Below, one piece after another: positions 8,877-18,434 of a stretch of 31,126 bases of DNA. The position numbers were made by a program, and so were the translations under genes. Origin of the DNA: Alphaproteobacteria bacterium (GTDB lineage Bacteria > Myxococcota_A > UBA796 > CAJQPC01); contig JACKEV010000010.1 in assembly GCA_020632795.1 (NCBI GenBank), positions 1 to 31,126 of the forward strand. The letters are read 5' to 3'. Positions within the stretch are counted from its first letter, which is position 1; the number at the start of each line of letters is the position of its first letter. The notes beneath the pieces are model-generated. The model did no database searches and was not told the DNA's origin. It was given only the letters and a program-made list of their open reading frames with translations.

Positions 8877-9893
8877 TTGCAGACCCCCATCGGCATCGCT
8901 GGCGTCTCCGGATATACCGGCGTCGAGCTGCTGCGAATCCTGAGCGCGCACCCCCATGTGCGCGTCTCCGCGCTGTCCGCGGGCGCCTCGGCCGGCAAGC
9001 CCCTCGACGCGATCTGGCCGGGCTTCGCCGGCCTGGACGTCCCCGCGGTCGAGCCCCTCGACGCCGCCACCCTCGCCGCTCGCTGCGCGGTCGTCTTCCT
9101 CGCCCTGCCCCACAGCGCGGCCCCCACCCTCGTGCCCGAGCTGCTGGACGCGGGCGTGCGCGTGATCGATCTCGGCACGCGCTTCCGCCTGCGCGACCCC
9201 AGCGCCTACGCCCGCAGCTACGGGCACCCTCACCCCTGCCCCGAGCGCCTGCCCGAGGCGGTCTACGGCCTGCCCGAGGCGCACCGCGGCGCCCTGCGCG
9301 ACGCCCGTCTCGTGGCCAACCCCGGCTGCTACCCCACCGCCACCGCCATCGCGGCGATGCCCCTGGTCGAGTCCGGGGCGGTCGACTGGATCGTCGCCGA
9401 CTGCCTCTCCGGGGTCTCGGGCGCGGGCCGCTCCCCCGGCCCCCGCAACCTCTACTGCGAGGTCCAGGAGAGCGCCGTCGCCTACCACGCCGCCGGTCGC
9501 CACCGCCACGTCGCCGAGATGGAGCAGCTCCTGGGGGTCCCGGTCAGCTTCACCCCCCACCTGGTGCCCATGCGCCGGGGCATGCTGGCCACCGTCACCG
9601 CGCGCTTCAAGACCCCCACCACCCGGGAGGCCCTGCGGGAGCGCTTCGCCGCGCGCTACGCCGACCACCCGGCGGTCACCCTGCGGGACACGCCCCCGGC
9701 CACCGCCGACGTGCGGGGCACGGCCCGGGCCCACGTCTTCGTGGACTGGGACGACGAGCGGGGGGCCGCCGTGGCCATCTGCGCCATCGACAACATCGGC
9801 AAGGGCGCAGCCGGCCAGGCCGTCCACAACATGAACCTGATGCTGGGGCTCCCGGAGACGACCGGTCTGCCCTGGCTGCCTCTGCTGCCCTGA
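8877..9893 (+). CDS. argC: N-acetyl-gamma-glutamyl-phosphate reductase
   Basis: N-terminal GxSGYTG Rossmann motif (IGIAGVSGYTGVELLR) and the catalytic Cys region (ANPGCYPT). TTG start per the track. Confidence 0.85.
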   Translation: MQTPIGIAGVSGYTGVELLRILSAHPHVRVSALSAGASAGKPLDAIWPGFAGLDVPAVEPLDAATLAARCAVVFLALPHSAAPTLVPELLDAGVRVIDLGTRFRLRDPSAYARSYGHPHPCPERLPEAVYGLPEAHRGALRDARLVANPGCYPTATAIAAMPLVESGAVDWIVADCLSGVSGAGRSPGPRNLYCEVQESAVAYHAAGRHRHVAEMEQLLGVPVSFTPHLVPMRRGMLATVTARFKTPTTREALRERFAARYADHPAVTLRDTPPATADVRGTARAHVFVDWDDERGAAVAICAIDNIGKGAAGQAVHNMNLMLGLPETTGLPWLPLLP

Positions 9894-9909
9894 GCGCCCC
9901 GGAGCCCTC

Positions 9910-10425
9910 ATGCACGTCCGCCCGGCCGTTCGCCGTGATCGTCGTCGCATTGAAGCCCTGCTGGCCCCCCACGTCGAGGCCGGGGCGGTGCTGCCCCGCG
10001 CGGTGCGCGCCGCGGACTTCCTGGTCGCCGAGGAGGCCGGCGCCCTGCACGGGGCCGTCGCGCTGACCCCCTGGACCGCCGAGGTCGCCGAGCTGGGGTC
10101 CCTGGTCGCCGAGGCCCCCGGGCGCGGGGTCGGCCGCGCCCTGGTCGACGCCACCCTCGCGCTGGCCGGCCAGCGGGGCCACCGCGCCGTGGTCGCGCTC
10201 ACCGGGCTGCCCGGCTTCTTCGAGCGCCTCGGCTTCGCCGCCTCCCCGCAGGCGCCTTGGGGCATCGCCCGGGGCCTCGACCGGGTCCGGCTGCTGGACC
10301 AGGGGCTGGATCAGGCCCTCGACCACAAGGCCGAGCGCTGCGCGACCTGCCCCCGCCTGCCGGCCTGCGCCCAGACCCTGCTGGTCCGCGAGCTGGCGCA
10401 CAAGAAGCGGAGGGCCTGCGCGTGA
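9910..10425 (+). CDS. GNAT-family N-acetyltransferase (short ArgA-like N-acetylglutamate synthase candidate)
   Basis: 171 aa. Acetyl-CoA binding signature ([16 protein letters not shown]) and placement inside the arg operon, where short ArgA forms occur. Its stop overlaps the argJ GTG start (GTGA). Confidence 0.55.
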   Translation: MHVRPAVRRDRRRIEALLAPHVEAGAVLPRAVRAADFLVAEEAGALHGAVALTPWTAEVAELGSLVAEAPGRGVGRALVDATLALAGQRGHRAVVALTGLPGFFERLGFAASPQAPWGIARGLDRVRLLDQGLDQALDHKAERCATCPRLPACAQTLLVRELAHKKRRACA

Positions 10426-11627
10426 CCGCCCCCCTCGACCTGCCCCCCCGCCCCACGCTGCCCCTCTCCGAAGGCGGATGGGGAGACGTCCCCGGCGCCC
10501 GCTGCGGGGTCGCCGCCGGCCGCATCAAGGCCACCGCTGACCGGGACGACGTGGTCGTCCTGCACGCCCCGGGGGTGGCCGCCGCCGTCACCACCGCCAG
10601 CACCGCCGCCGCCGCGCCCTGCCTGTGGACCCGCGCGCGGGTGCCCGGCCCCGTCGAGGCCGTCGTCGTCAACGCCGGCAACGCCAACGCCGCCACCGGA
10701 GCCCGAGGCGAGGCCGACTGCGCCGACACCGCCGCCACCGTCGCCGCCGCCCTCTCCTGCGACCCCGACGCCGTGCTGGTCTGCTCCACCGGGGTCATCG
10801 GGGTGCCGCTGCCGATGGAGCGCCTGCTGCCCGCGGTCCGTCAGGCGGTGGACACCCTGGGCGAGCCCGGGGCCCGCGCCGCCCGCGCCATCCTCACCAC
10901 CGACCTCGTCCCCAAGGAGGTCCTGATCCGACACGAGGGGGTGACCGTCGGCGGCATGGCCAAGGGCTCCGGCATGATCCACCCGGGCATGGCCACGATG
11001 CTGGCCTTCCTGGTGACCGACGCGCAGGTGCCCCCTGGCCCCCTCCAGGATCTCCTGACGGCGGTCACCGCCCGGACCTTCAACGCGATCTCGGTGGACG
11101 GCTGCATGTCCACCAACGACACGCTGATCCTCCAGTCCACCGGGCTCGGCCCCGTGCGGGCGCCCGGCGCGCCGGGGTGGGCGGGCTTCGCGCGCGCCGT
11201 GGAGGTCGCCGCGGCCGAGCTGGCCCGCGCCATCGCCCGGGACGGAGAGGGCGCCACCACCCTCATCGAGGCCGTGGTCGCCGGCACCCCCAGCGACGCC
11301 GCCGCCCGCGAGGGCGCCCGCGCCGTGGTCTCCTCCCACCTGCTCAAGGCCGCCATCGCCGGGCGGGACCCCAACTGGGGGCGGGTCGTGGGGGCGCTCG
11401 GCGCGGCCGGGATCCCCGACCTGGAGCACCTCGACCTCGACTTCGCGGGCGTCCCGGCGCTGCGCGACGGGCAGCCGGTGGACTGGGACGAGGCCGCCGC
11501 CTCCGCCGCGCTGGACGCCCCCGAGATCCGGATCGCCTGCCGCTTGCCCGGCCCGGGGCTGGGGCGGGCGTGGGGCTGTGATTTGACCGAGCAGTACGTG
11601 AGGATCAATGCGGACTACCGAAGCTGA
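10422..11627 (+). CDS. argJ: Bifunctional ornithine acetyltransferase / N-acetylglutamate synthase
   Basis: GTG start at 10422. Conserved autoproteolytic ATML motif ([13 protein letters not shown]). The N-terminal part of track ORF 10257..11627 is a spurious extension. Confidence 0.85.
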   Translation: MTAPLDLPPRPTLPLSEGGWGDVPGARCGVAAGRIKATADRDDVVVLHAPGVAAAVTTASTAAAAPCLWTRARVPGPVEAVVVNAGNANAATGARGEADCADTAATVAAALSCDPDAVLVCSTGVIGVPLPMERLLPAVRQAVDTLGEPGARAARAILTTDLVPKEVLIRHEGVTVGGMAKGSGMIHPGMATMLAFLVTDAQVPPGPLQDLLTAVTARTFNAISVDGCMSTNDTLILQSTGLGPVRAPGAPGWAGFARAVEVAAAELARAIARDGEGATTLIEAVVAGTPSDAAAREGARAVVSSHLLKAAIAGRDPNWGRVVGALGAAGIPDLEHLDLDFAGVPALRDGQPVDWDEAAASAALDAPEIRIACRLPGPGLGRAWGCDLTEQYVRINADYRS

Positions 11628-12429
11628 CGCGGGAACCGTCGTCGTCAAGTACGGCGGCGCGGCGATGAAGGACGCGGGGCTCTCCGAGACCCTCATGCGG
11701 GATCTGGTGGCGCTCCAGGCCCGCGGCGCCCGGGTCGTGCTGGTGCACGGCGGGGGCGCCGCGGTGACGGAGATCGGGCGGCGCCTGGGCCTGGAGGCCC
11801 GCTTCGTGGACGGCCTGCGGGTCACCGACCCCGAGACGATGCGGGTCGCCCAGCGGGTGCAGGTCGGCGAGATCGGGCGCGGCATCGTGGCCGCCATCGG
11901 GCGGGCCGGCGGCCGGGCGCTGGGTCTCTCCGGCCACGACCTCGGGGGTTGGCTGCGCGGCGCGCGCCGGCAGCACATCCACCGGCAGACCGGCGAGCCC
12001 GTGGACCTGGGCCGGGTCGGGGACATCTGCGCGGTCGACGCCGCCGCCCTCAGCGCCGTGCTCGACCAGGGCTGGATCCCGGTGGTGGCGCCGGTCGCGG
12101 TCGACGCCGACTTCGAGGCCCTCAACGTGAACGCCGACAGCGTCGCCACCGCCGTGGCTGCCGCCCTCCAGGCCGACCGTCTCGTGCTGCTCACCGACGT
12201 CGACGGGGTGCGCGGCGCCGACGGCCAGCCGGCCCGCGCGGTCTCCGCGGACACCCTGCGGGCCTGGATCGCGTCCGGCGTGGTCTCCGGCGGCATGATC
12301 CCCAAGGCCGAGGGCTGCCTGGACGCCCTGGCCGGCGGGGTCGGCGCGGTCTCCATCGCCGACGGACGGGTCCCCCACGCCCTGCTGGGCGCCTTCTCGG
12401 CGAGCGGCGGCACGGAGGTCCACCCATGA
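11608..12429 (+). CDS. argB: Acetylglutamate kinase
   Basis: VVKYGG amino-acid kinase N-terminal motif and GGMIPK near the C-terminus. Overlaps the argJ end by 20 bp. Confidence 0.85.
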   Translation: MRTTEADAGTVVVKYGGAAMKDAGLSETLMRDLVALQARGARVVLVHGGGAAVTEIGRRLGLEARFVDGLRVTDPETMRVAQRVQVGEIGRGIVAAIGRAGGRALGLSGHDLGGWLRGARRQHIHRQTGEPVDLGRVGDICAVDAAALSAVLDQGWIPVVAPVAVDADFEALNVNADSVATAVAAALQADRLVLLTDVDGVRGADGQPARAVSADTLRAWIASGVVSGGMIPKAEGCLDALAGGVGAVSIADGRVPHALLGAFSASGGTEVHP

Positions 12430-13556
12430 CCGCCGAAGACGCACCCTTCCTGAACACCTACGCCCGCTTCCCGGTGGAGCTGGTCGCCGGCCAGGGCTGC
12501 CGGGTCCGCGACGCGCAGGGGCGCTGGTACCTGGACGCCTGCGCCGGCATCGCCGTGATGGCGCTGGGTCACCGCCACCCGACCGTGGCCGCGGCGGTGC
12601 AGCGCCAGCTCGACCAGCTCTGGCACACCTCCAACCTCTTCCACGTGCCCGTGCAGTCCGCCTTCGCCGAGCGCCTCGCCGGCAGCATGGGCGGCGGCGC
12701 GGTGTTCCTGTGCAACTCCGGCGCCGAGGCCAACGAGGCCGCCGTCAAGCTCGCCCGCAAGCACCACTGGCTGCGCGACGACCCCCGCGAGGAGGTCCTC
12801 GTCCTGGAGGGAGCCTTCCACGGCCGCACCCTCATGACCCTCGCGATGACCCCGCGCCCGGCGTACCAGGCGCCCTTCGGCCCGCTGCCCGGCGGGGTCC
12901 GGGTCGCCGCCCCCGAGGACGCCGCCACCGCGGTCAGCGCGCGCACCGCCGCGGTGTTCGTGGAGCCGGTCCAGGGGGAGGGCGGCTGCCGCTCCCTGCT
13001 GCACCTGCTGCCGGGCCTGCGGGAGGCCTGCGACGCCCACGGCGCCCTGCTCGTGTACGACGAGATCCAGTGCGGCCTGGGGCGCACCGGGCGGTGGTGC
13101 CACGCCCCCGCCCCCGACCTGACCACCTTCGCCAAGGCGCTGGGCGGCGGGCTCCCCCTGGGGGCGCTGCTCACCAACCCAGCGCTGTCCGGGACCTTCA
13201 CGCCCGGCGACCACGGCTCCACCTTCGGGGGCAACCCCCTGGCCTGCGCGGCGGGCCTGGCCACCCTCGACGTCATCCTGGCCGAGGACCTGCCGGCCCG
13301 CTGCGGGCGGCTGGGGGCGCGGCTGCGGGCGGGCCTGGAGGCCACCGGCGCGTCGGTCACCGGCGAGGGCCTGATGCTGGCGGCGCACCTGGGCCGCCCG
13401 GCCGGGCCGGTCCTGACGGCGATGCGGGAGCGCGGCGTGCTCACCTGCGGCGCCGGGCCTGAGTCGGTGCGCTTCCTGCCCCCCTTCGTCCTCTCGGAGG
13501 CCGAGGCGGACGAACTGCTGGCCGTGTTCGCCGAGGCGGTGTCGGTCACCGCGTAA
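12426..13556 (+). CDS. argD: Acetylornithine aminotransferase (class III PLP)
   Basis: ATG overlaps the argB stop (ATGA). The PLP-lysine region DEIQCGLGRTG...TFAKALGGGLP is typical of ArgD. Track ORF 11949..13556 carries a spurious N-terminal extension. Confidence 0.85.
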   Translation: MTAEDAPFLNTYARFPVELVAGQGCRVRDAQGRWYLDACAGIAVMALGHRHPTVAAAVQRQLDQLWHTSNLFHVPVQSAFAERLAGSMGGGAVFLCNSGAEANEAAVKLARKHHWLRDDPREEVLVLEGAFHGRTLMTLAMTPRPAYQAPFGPLPGGVRVAAPEDAATAVSARTAAVFVEPVQGEGGCRSLLHLLPGLREACDAHGALLVYDEIQCGLGRTGRWCHAPAPDLTTFAKALGGGLPLGALLTNPALSGTFTPGDHGSTFGGNPLACAAGLATLDVILAEDLPARCGRLGARLRAGLEATGASVTGEGLMLAAHLGRPAGPVLTAMRERGVLTCGAGPESVRFLPPFVLSEAEADELLAVFAEAVSVTA

Positions 13557-13601
13557 GGGGCGCCCCTCCGAGGCTCGGATAGGCTTCACGCAGGAGGTCC
13601 C

Positions 13602-13967
13602 ATGCGCGCGCTGCTCCCCCTGTTGCTGATCGCCTGCACCAAGGGCGACCTCGGCTACGAGACCTGCGAGGTCGCCGAGGACTGCGGCGAGGTCGTCCCC
13701 GAGGACGCCACCGCCGTCTGCATCGACAAGAGCGGCGAGGGCTTCTGCACCTGGACCTGCGAGGCGGACGCGGACTGCGAGAACCTCGACTACGACGAGG
13801 ACTTCGCCCGCGTCTGCGCCTCCTTCGAGAGCGAGGACGACACCTACTGCTTCCCCGCCTGCGACGAGGAGGCCGAGGACGAGGAAGACGTCTGTCCCCC
13901 CGACTTCAACTGCCGCAGCACCGGCGGCGGCAGCGAGAACCGCCGGGTCTGCTTCCCCAACGAGTAG
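13602..13967 (+). CDS. Small Cys-rich acidic lipoprotein (hypothetical)
   Basis: MRALLPLLLIAC lipobox, RBS AGGAGG, 12 Cys in 121 aa, very acidic (DEED runs). Confidence 0.55.
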   Translation: MRALLPLLLIACTKGDLGYETCEVAEDCGEVVPEDATAVCIDKSGEGFCTWTCEADADCENLDYDEDFARVCASFESEDDTYCFPACDEEAEDEEDVCPPDFNCRSTGGGSENRRVCFPNE

Positions 13968-14061
13968 GCTCCCTCATACGGACCCTCCATGAACAGTGGA
14001 CTGGTCGCCCGTCGCCCGTAGGGCGTGACCCCGGGGGATGGTCAGCGAGCCAAAGGCGAGC

Positions 14062-14107
14062 GAAGGAAGGGACCCGGTCGGGACGACTGGAGGGGTCCCT
14101 TCCTTCG
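14062..14107. terminator. Perfect 14-bp-stem hairpin (GAAGGAAGGGACCC...GGGTCCCTTCCTTC) between convergent genes; candidate bidirectional terminator
   Basis: The stem was read directly from the sequence and has an 18-nt loop. There is no T-run, which is common for high-GC terminators. It sits in a ~340-bp gap between the 13602 CDS (+) and the 14312 CDS (-). Confidence 0.4.
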
Positions 14108-14311
14108 AGGATGGGTGAGGCTTCGTTTACCATCCAAGGATTTCGTCGCGATAAGCGCCGCGCGCACCAGCAGCCGCCATGTTGGCGTCTTGGCGTCAAC
14201 TCCTGGCCGGGGGTGCGCGTCCGCAACCTCGGCGGCTTGGGGTGAATTGCCGTGAAGAGGGCCGCCCCCCCGCTATCAGTGTGACGATCCGGGCTTCAAC
14301 GCGGTTCGGTA

Positions 14312-15178
14312 TCAGAAGATCGACGCCACGAAGGTCAGCATGGTCGTCTGGTCCAGCTTGGCCGCCGCGATGTCGTTGGTGACGACCGGCACGTTGTCGA
14401 AGGCCAGGCGGTGGCTGAGCTTGAGGCTGAACATGTCGGTGAGCTTCACGCTGAGCGCGGCGGTGTTGTAGACGCGCAGGTCGTTCTCCGCGAACGGCCC
14501 CGCCACGGTGAGCAGGTTCTCGAACGCCTCGACCTTCTCGGTCAGCTTGACGTTCTCGTTCACCGTCCAGGCCGCCCCCAGCATCAGCCGCGCGGCGGGG
14601 AAGTGGTAGTCCACCGCGGCCCCCTCGGTCCACAGCTCAGAGCCCGCGACGTACTTCTCCTGGACATAGTTCAGGCCGATCTCGCCCTTCAGCTCGAAGG
14701 ACTCCGCGCTGACCAGCAGCCGGGAGTACCCGATCTGCTCCTGGGCGCGGTACTTGTAGTTGGCGAGGGTGTCGCTCTCGATGCCGGCCAGCACATACGC
14801 GCTGTTCTTCTCGCCGAAGAACCGATCGTAGCGGGCCTGGGCGAACGAGCGGCGAGAGGACCAGTCCCAGCTTCGGAACCCGGCGGTGCGCTCCGCCTCG
14901 TTCAGCACGCCGTCGCCGTCCCCGTCCCCGGCCGCGCGCGTGAACGCGGCGCCGGCGTCGACCGACACCTTGTTGCTCCCCCACTTTCGCCCCGCGTCGA
15001 TACCGCCGTTGGCGGAGGCCATCGGCGCGTTCCCCGTCGACCACGTGGCCCCCAGCTCAGCCGACAGAGTGTTGACCGGGGCGTCCAGCTCCTCGGCCTC
15101 GGCGAACTCCGCCTGGGCGAAGTCGGGGTCCTGGGCGAGGGCGGGCGCAGCGAGCAGGGTCGTGAGCAGCACGAGCAT
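14312..15178 (-). CDS. DUF481 / YdiY-like outer-membrane beta-barrel protein
   Basis: Signal peptide MLVLLTTLLAAPALAQD, alternating amphipathic beta-strands and a C-terminal aromatic residue (…SIF). RBS GGAGGA. Confidence 0.65.
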   Translation of the reverse strand: MLVLLTTLLAAPALAQDPDFAQAEFAEAEELDAPVNTLSAELGATWSTGNAPMASANGGIDAGRKWGSNKVSVDAGAAFTRAAGDGDGDGVLNEAERTAGFRSWDWSSRRSFAQARYDRFFGEKNSAYVLAGIESDTLANYKYRAQEQIGYSRLLVSAESFELKGEIGLNYVQEKYVAGSELWTEGAAVDYHFPAARLMLGAAWTVNENVKLTEKVEAFENLLTVAGPFAENDLRVYNTAALSVKLTDMFSLKLSHRLAFDNVPVVTNDIAAAKLDQTTMLTFVASIF

Positions 15179-15287
15179 GGGGTCCTCCGGTGCATCGTAG
15201 AGGGCGCCCGTATCCGAACACCCTCAAGCCATCCACTTCGGAGATATGCCGTCCGACCCCCGCTCTCTACTACAGGGCTCTGTCGGA

Positions 15288-15755
15288 TCAGCGCGAGCAG
15301 CGCTCCTCGCCCACCTTCTTGCACAGGGAGTCGAAGAACCGCGCGCTGTCGGCGGCCAGCCCGAAGGTCAGGGTGATGAACTCGCCGCTGCTCTTCTCCA
15401 CCCGGATCCGCTCGCTGGTGCCGCCCTTGTCCAGCTCGGCGCTCACCACGTCTTCGAAGCGGACTTCGTAGGTGTCCTGCTTGTCATAGGTGCCCACCCG
15501 CTCGGTGGTCAGCACGTTCGCCGAGTCCGCCCCGCCGGTCACCGAGGGGTCGTAGTACCAGATGATCCCTTCCCCTTCGTCCAGCAGGCCGTGCTCGCTC
15601 AGCCCGTTGCGCTGGTCCTCGTTCATCTCGTTGACCGCCATGACCTTGGGGGAGCGGGCCTTCTCCAGCACCTGCTCGGTCCCCAGGAACCCACAACCCA
15701 TCGAGAGGCCGCCGCAGAGCGCGAACGCGGCCAGGAGAAATCGAGGGAGCTTCAT
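15288..15755 (-). CDS. Hypothetical lipoprotein
   Basis: MKLPRFLLAAFALCGG lipobox, RBS GGAGGTG. It lies 20 bp downstream of the acs stop, so it is probably co-transcribed. Confidence 0.5.
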   Translation of the reverse strand: MKLPRFLLAAFALCGGLSMGCGFLGTEQVLEKARSPKVMAVNEMNEDQRNGLSEHGLLDEGEGIIWYYDPSVTGGADSANVLTTERVGTYDKQDTYEVRFEDVVSAELDKGGTSERIRVEKSSGEFITLTFGLAADSARFFDSLCKKVGEERCSR

Positions 15756-15775
15756 TCAGACACCTCCGGAACGTC

Positions 15776-17731
15776 CTACTCGCAGGAGTCCCCAGATATT
15801 GCAGAGAGGATGGCGCTGACCACCTCGGCGTCCGCCAGGGTCGACACGTCCCCCAGCTCGTCGCCGCGCCCCTCGGCCAGCTTGCGCAGGATGCGCCGCA
15901 TGACCTTGCCGGAGCGGGTCTTGGGCAGGCCCGGCACCACCTGGAACCGGTCCACCCGGGCGTGGGCGCCGATCCGGACGCGCAGGGTGGTCTGGCAGCG
16001 CTGCAGCAGCGCCTGGGAGCACTCCTCGCCCTCCTGGAGCACCAGCCAGGCGAACACCCCCTGCCCCTTCACCGGGTGGGGGTAGCCGACCACCGCCGCC
16101 TCGGCGATCTCCTCGATGCCGACCAGGGCGCTCTCGAACTCCGCGGTGCCCATCCGGTGGCCGGACACGTTGAGCACGTCGTCCACCCGCCCTGTGATCC
16201 AGTGGTAGCCGTCCGCGTCGCGCAGGCAGCCGTCGCCGGTGAAGTAGCGCCCCGGGAACATCGCGTAGTAGGTAGCCACGTAGCGCGCGTGGTCTCCCCA
16301 GACCGTGCGCGCCTGGCCCGGCCAGGGCTCCGCGATGCACAGCAGCCCCTGGCTCGGCCCCCGCAGCTCCCTGCCGTCGGGGTCCAGCAGCTGCGGGCGC
16401 ACCCCCGGCAGCGGCAGCGTCGCCGATCCCGGTCGGGTGGGCGTCGCGGGGGCGATGGGCGCGATGAGGATGCCCCCGGTCTCGGTCTGCCACCAGGTGT
16501 CCACGATGTTGCAGCGCCCCTCCCCCACGACGTCGAAGTACCAGCGCCAGGCGTCGGGGTTGATGGGCTCGCCCACCGTGCCCAGCACGCGCAGGCTGGA
16601 CCGGTCGTGCCGGGTGACGAAGTCGTCCCCCTGGGCCGCCAGCGCCCGGATGGCGGTGGGCGCCGTATAGAAGATCGTGACCTTGTGCCGCTCGACCACG
16701 TCCCAGTACCGCCCGGCGTCCGGGTAGAGCGGGGTGGACTCGAACATCAGCGTGGTCGCGCCGTTCGCCAGCGGCCCGTAGACGATGTAGCTGTGCCCCG
16801 TGATCCAGCCCACGTCCGCCAGGCAGGCGTAGACGTCGTCCGGGCGCAGGTCGAAGACCACCCGGTGGGTGTAGCTGGCGTAGGTCAGGTACCCGCCGCA
16901 GGTGTGCACCAGCCCCTTGGGCCGCCCGGTGCTGCCCGAGGTGTACAGGATGAACAGCGGATCCTCGGCGCCGCAGGCCACCGCCTCGTGCTCCGGCGAG
17001 GCCGCGTCCACGACCTCGTGCCACCACACGTCCCGGTGCGCGGTCCAGCCCACCTTGGCCCCGGTGCGCCGGAACACCAGCACCTTCTTCACCCCGTGCT
17101 CCCCCTCCAACGCCGCGTCGGTCACCGCCTTGAGCGGCACCGACCGCCCCCCGCGCCGCCCCTCGTCCTGGGTGATGACCAGCTCAGCCCCGCAGTCCCG
17201 GACGCGGTCCCGCAGCGCCTCGGCCGAGAAGCCCCCGAACACCACCGAGTGCACCGCCCCCAGCCGCGCGCAGGCCAGCATCGCGACCGCCGCCTCGGGG
17301 ACCATGCCCATGTAGAGGATCGCCCGCTCCCCCTTCTTGAGCCCCAGCCGGGCCAGGGCGTTGGCGCAGCGGTTCACCATCGCCGACAGCTCGGCGTAGG
17401 TGATGCGCCGGACCTCGCCGGGCGCGTCCCCCTCCCACAGGATCGCCACCTTGTCGGGGGTGGCCTCGGCGTGGCGGTCCACGCAGCTCTCGGTGACGTT
17501 GAGGATCCCGTCATGGAACCACGAGAAGGGCCCCTCCCGGACCGTGTCGTAGCCCCCCACCAGCCCCTCGCTGGGCAGCCGCCGCCACCGAAGGGCGCGC
17601 GCCTGCTCAAGCCAGAAGCCGTCCGGGTCGTTCCGGGCCTGCAACCAGGCCCGCCGCCAGTCGTTCAGGTCCTGGATCGGGCTGACGGAGCCCTCGCGGA
17701 CGCGGGCGGGGACAGGGACGGTGTCGGACAT
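15776..17731 (-). CDS. acs: Acetyl-coenzyme A synthetase (AMP-forming)
   Basis: 651 aa. AMP-binding signature YTSGSTGRPKG, the hinge/A8 motif and C-terminal catalytic Lys (SGKVMRR). RBS GGAGGA. Confidence 0.9.
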   Translation of the reverse strand: MSDTVPVPARVREGSVSPIQDLNDWRRAWLQARNDPDGFWLEQARALRWRRLPSEGLVGGYDTVREGPFSWFHDGILNVTESCVDRHAEATPDKVAILWEGDAPGEVRRITYAELSAMVNRCANALARLGLKKGERAILYMGMVPEAAVAMLACARLGAVHSVVFGGFSAEALRDRVRDCGAELVITQDEGRRGGRSVPLKAVTDAALEGEHGVKKVLVFRRTGAKVGWTAHRDVWWHEVVDAASPEHEAVACGAEDPLFILYTSGSTGRPKGLVHTCGGYLTYASYTHRVVFDLRPDDVYACLADVGWITGHSYIVYGPLANGATTLMFESTPLYPDAGRYWDVVERHKVTIFYTAPTAIRALAAQGDDFVTRHDRSSLRVLGTVGEPINPDAWRWYFDVVGEGRCNIVDTWWQTETGGILIAPIAPATPTRPGSATLPLPGVRPQLLDPDGRELRGPSQGLLCIAEPWPGQARTVWGDHARYVATYYAMFPGRYFTGDGCLRDADGYHWITGRVDDVLNVSGHRMGTAEFESALVGIEEIAEAAVVGYPHPVKGQGVFAWLVLQEGEECSQALLQRCQTTLRVRIGAHARVDRFQVVPGLPKTRSGKVMRRILRKLAEGRGDELGDVSTLADAEVVSAILSAISGDSCE

Positions 17732-17825
17732 GGCTTCCTCCGGGGAGCGCGCGGTCCTTGAATGATGCCACGGCGCTCGCCGTCCAGGTGGAAGCGCGGC
17801 CGGCAGCGGGGCATGATGGAGCCCG

Positions 17826-18428
17826 ATGAAGCTCCTCCGCTGCCAGCAGTGCGGCGCGCCGGCCCACCCCGAGGCCGACGTGGACCGCTACGAGTGCCCG
17901 TTCTGCCACAGCGTCTTCACCCTCAACCGCCCCAGGCCCGAGGACGACCTCGAGCTGATCGCCGAGACCCTCCGGCCGCCCCCGGCCCCCTCCCGCGCGG
18001 TCGGCGCGCTGATGTTGCTGCCGGTGATCCTGCCGATCTTCATCATCGGCCTCACCGCCTCCATCATCGGCGTCGTCTTCTACCAGGTCGGCCTCATCCA
18101 GCTCCCCTTCTCCACCTGGGACGGCGCCGAGCCCCTGGTCTGCGCCGGCAACGAGCGCATGGAGATCAAGGGCGTCACCGCCCGCCTCCCCTACGGGCCG
18201 GTCATCGAGGCCAACGGCAACTGCCAGCTCACCCTGGTCGAGTGCGTGATCGAGGGCCCCACCGCCATCTACGCTGCGGGCAACGCACGGGTCCGGCTGG
18301 AGCGGGGCTCGGTCACCGGCGCGGACTTCGCCTTCGACCTCGGCGGCAACGCCCAGGTCGAGGTCCGGGGCGCCGCCGTCTCCGGGCCCCGGCGCGCCGG
18401 AGGCAACGCCCGCGTCCACGGCGACTGA
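17826..18428 (+). CDS. Zinc-ribbon membrane protein (CxxC...CxxC N-terminus, one TM helix, C-terminal repeat domain)
   Basis: CQQCG...CPFCH zinc ribbon. TM segment LMLLPVILPIFIIGLTASIIGVVFY. The C-terminal ~110 aa is paralogous to the next gene. Confidence 0.5.
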   Translation: MKLLRCQQCGAPAHPEADVDRYECPFCHSVFTLNRPRPEDDLELIAETLRPPPAPSRAVGALMLLPVILPIFIIGLTASIIGVVFYQVGLIQLPFSTWDGAEPLVCAGNERMEIKGVTARLPYGPVIEANGNCQLTLVECVIEGPTAIYAAGNARVRLERGSVTGADFAFDLGGNAQVEVRGAAVSGPRRAGGNARVHGD

Positions 18429-18434
18429 CCCCCA

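Noticed and set aside
10311-13589. 1092-aa minus-strand ORF spanning the whole arg operon
   Set aside because: It is antisense to four well-supported biosynthetic genes. Composition is low-complexity Gly/Arg/Ala-rich, typical of frame-shifted reading of 70% GC DNA. No recognisable domain.
15288-15310. Possible terminator hairpin at the 3' end of the 15288 lipoprotein gene
   Set aside because: Only short imperfect complementarity (GAGC-AGC-GCTC) with no U-tract. Not convincing.
15962-17761. 599-aa plus-strand ORF opposite acs
   Set aside because: Antisense shadow ORF of the acetyl-CoA synthetase gene; high-GC artefact.
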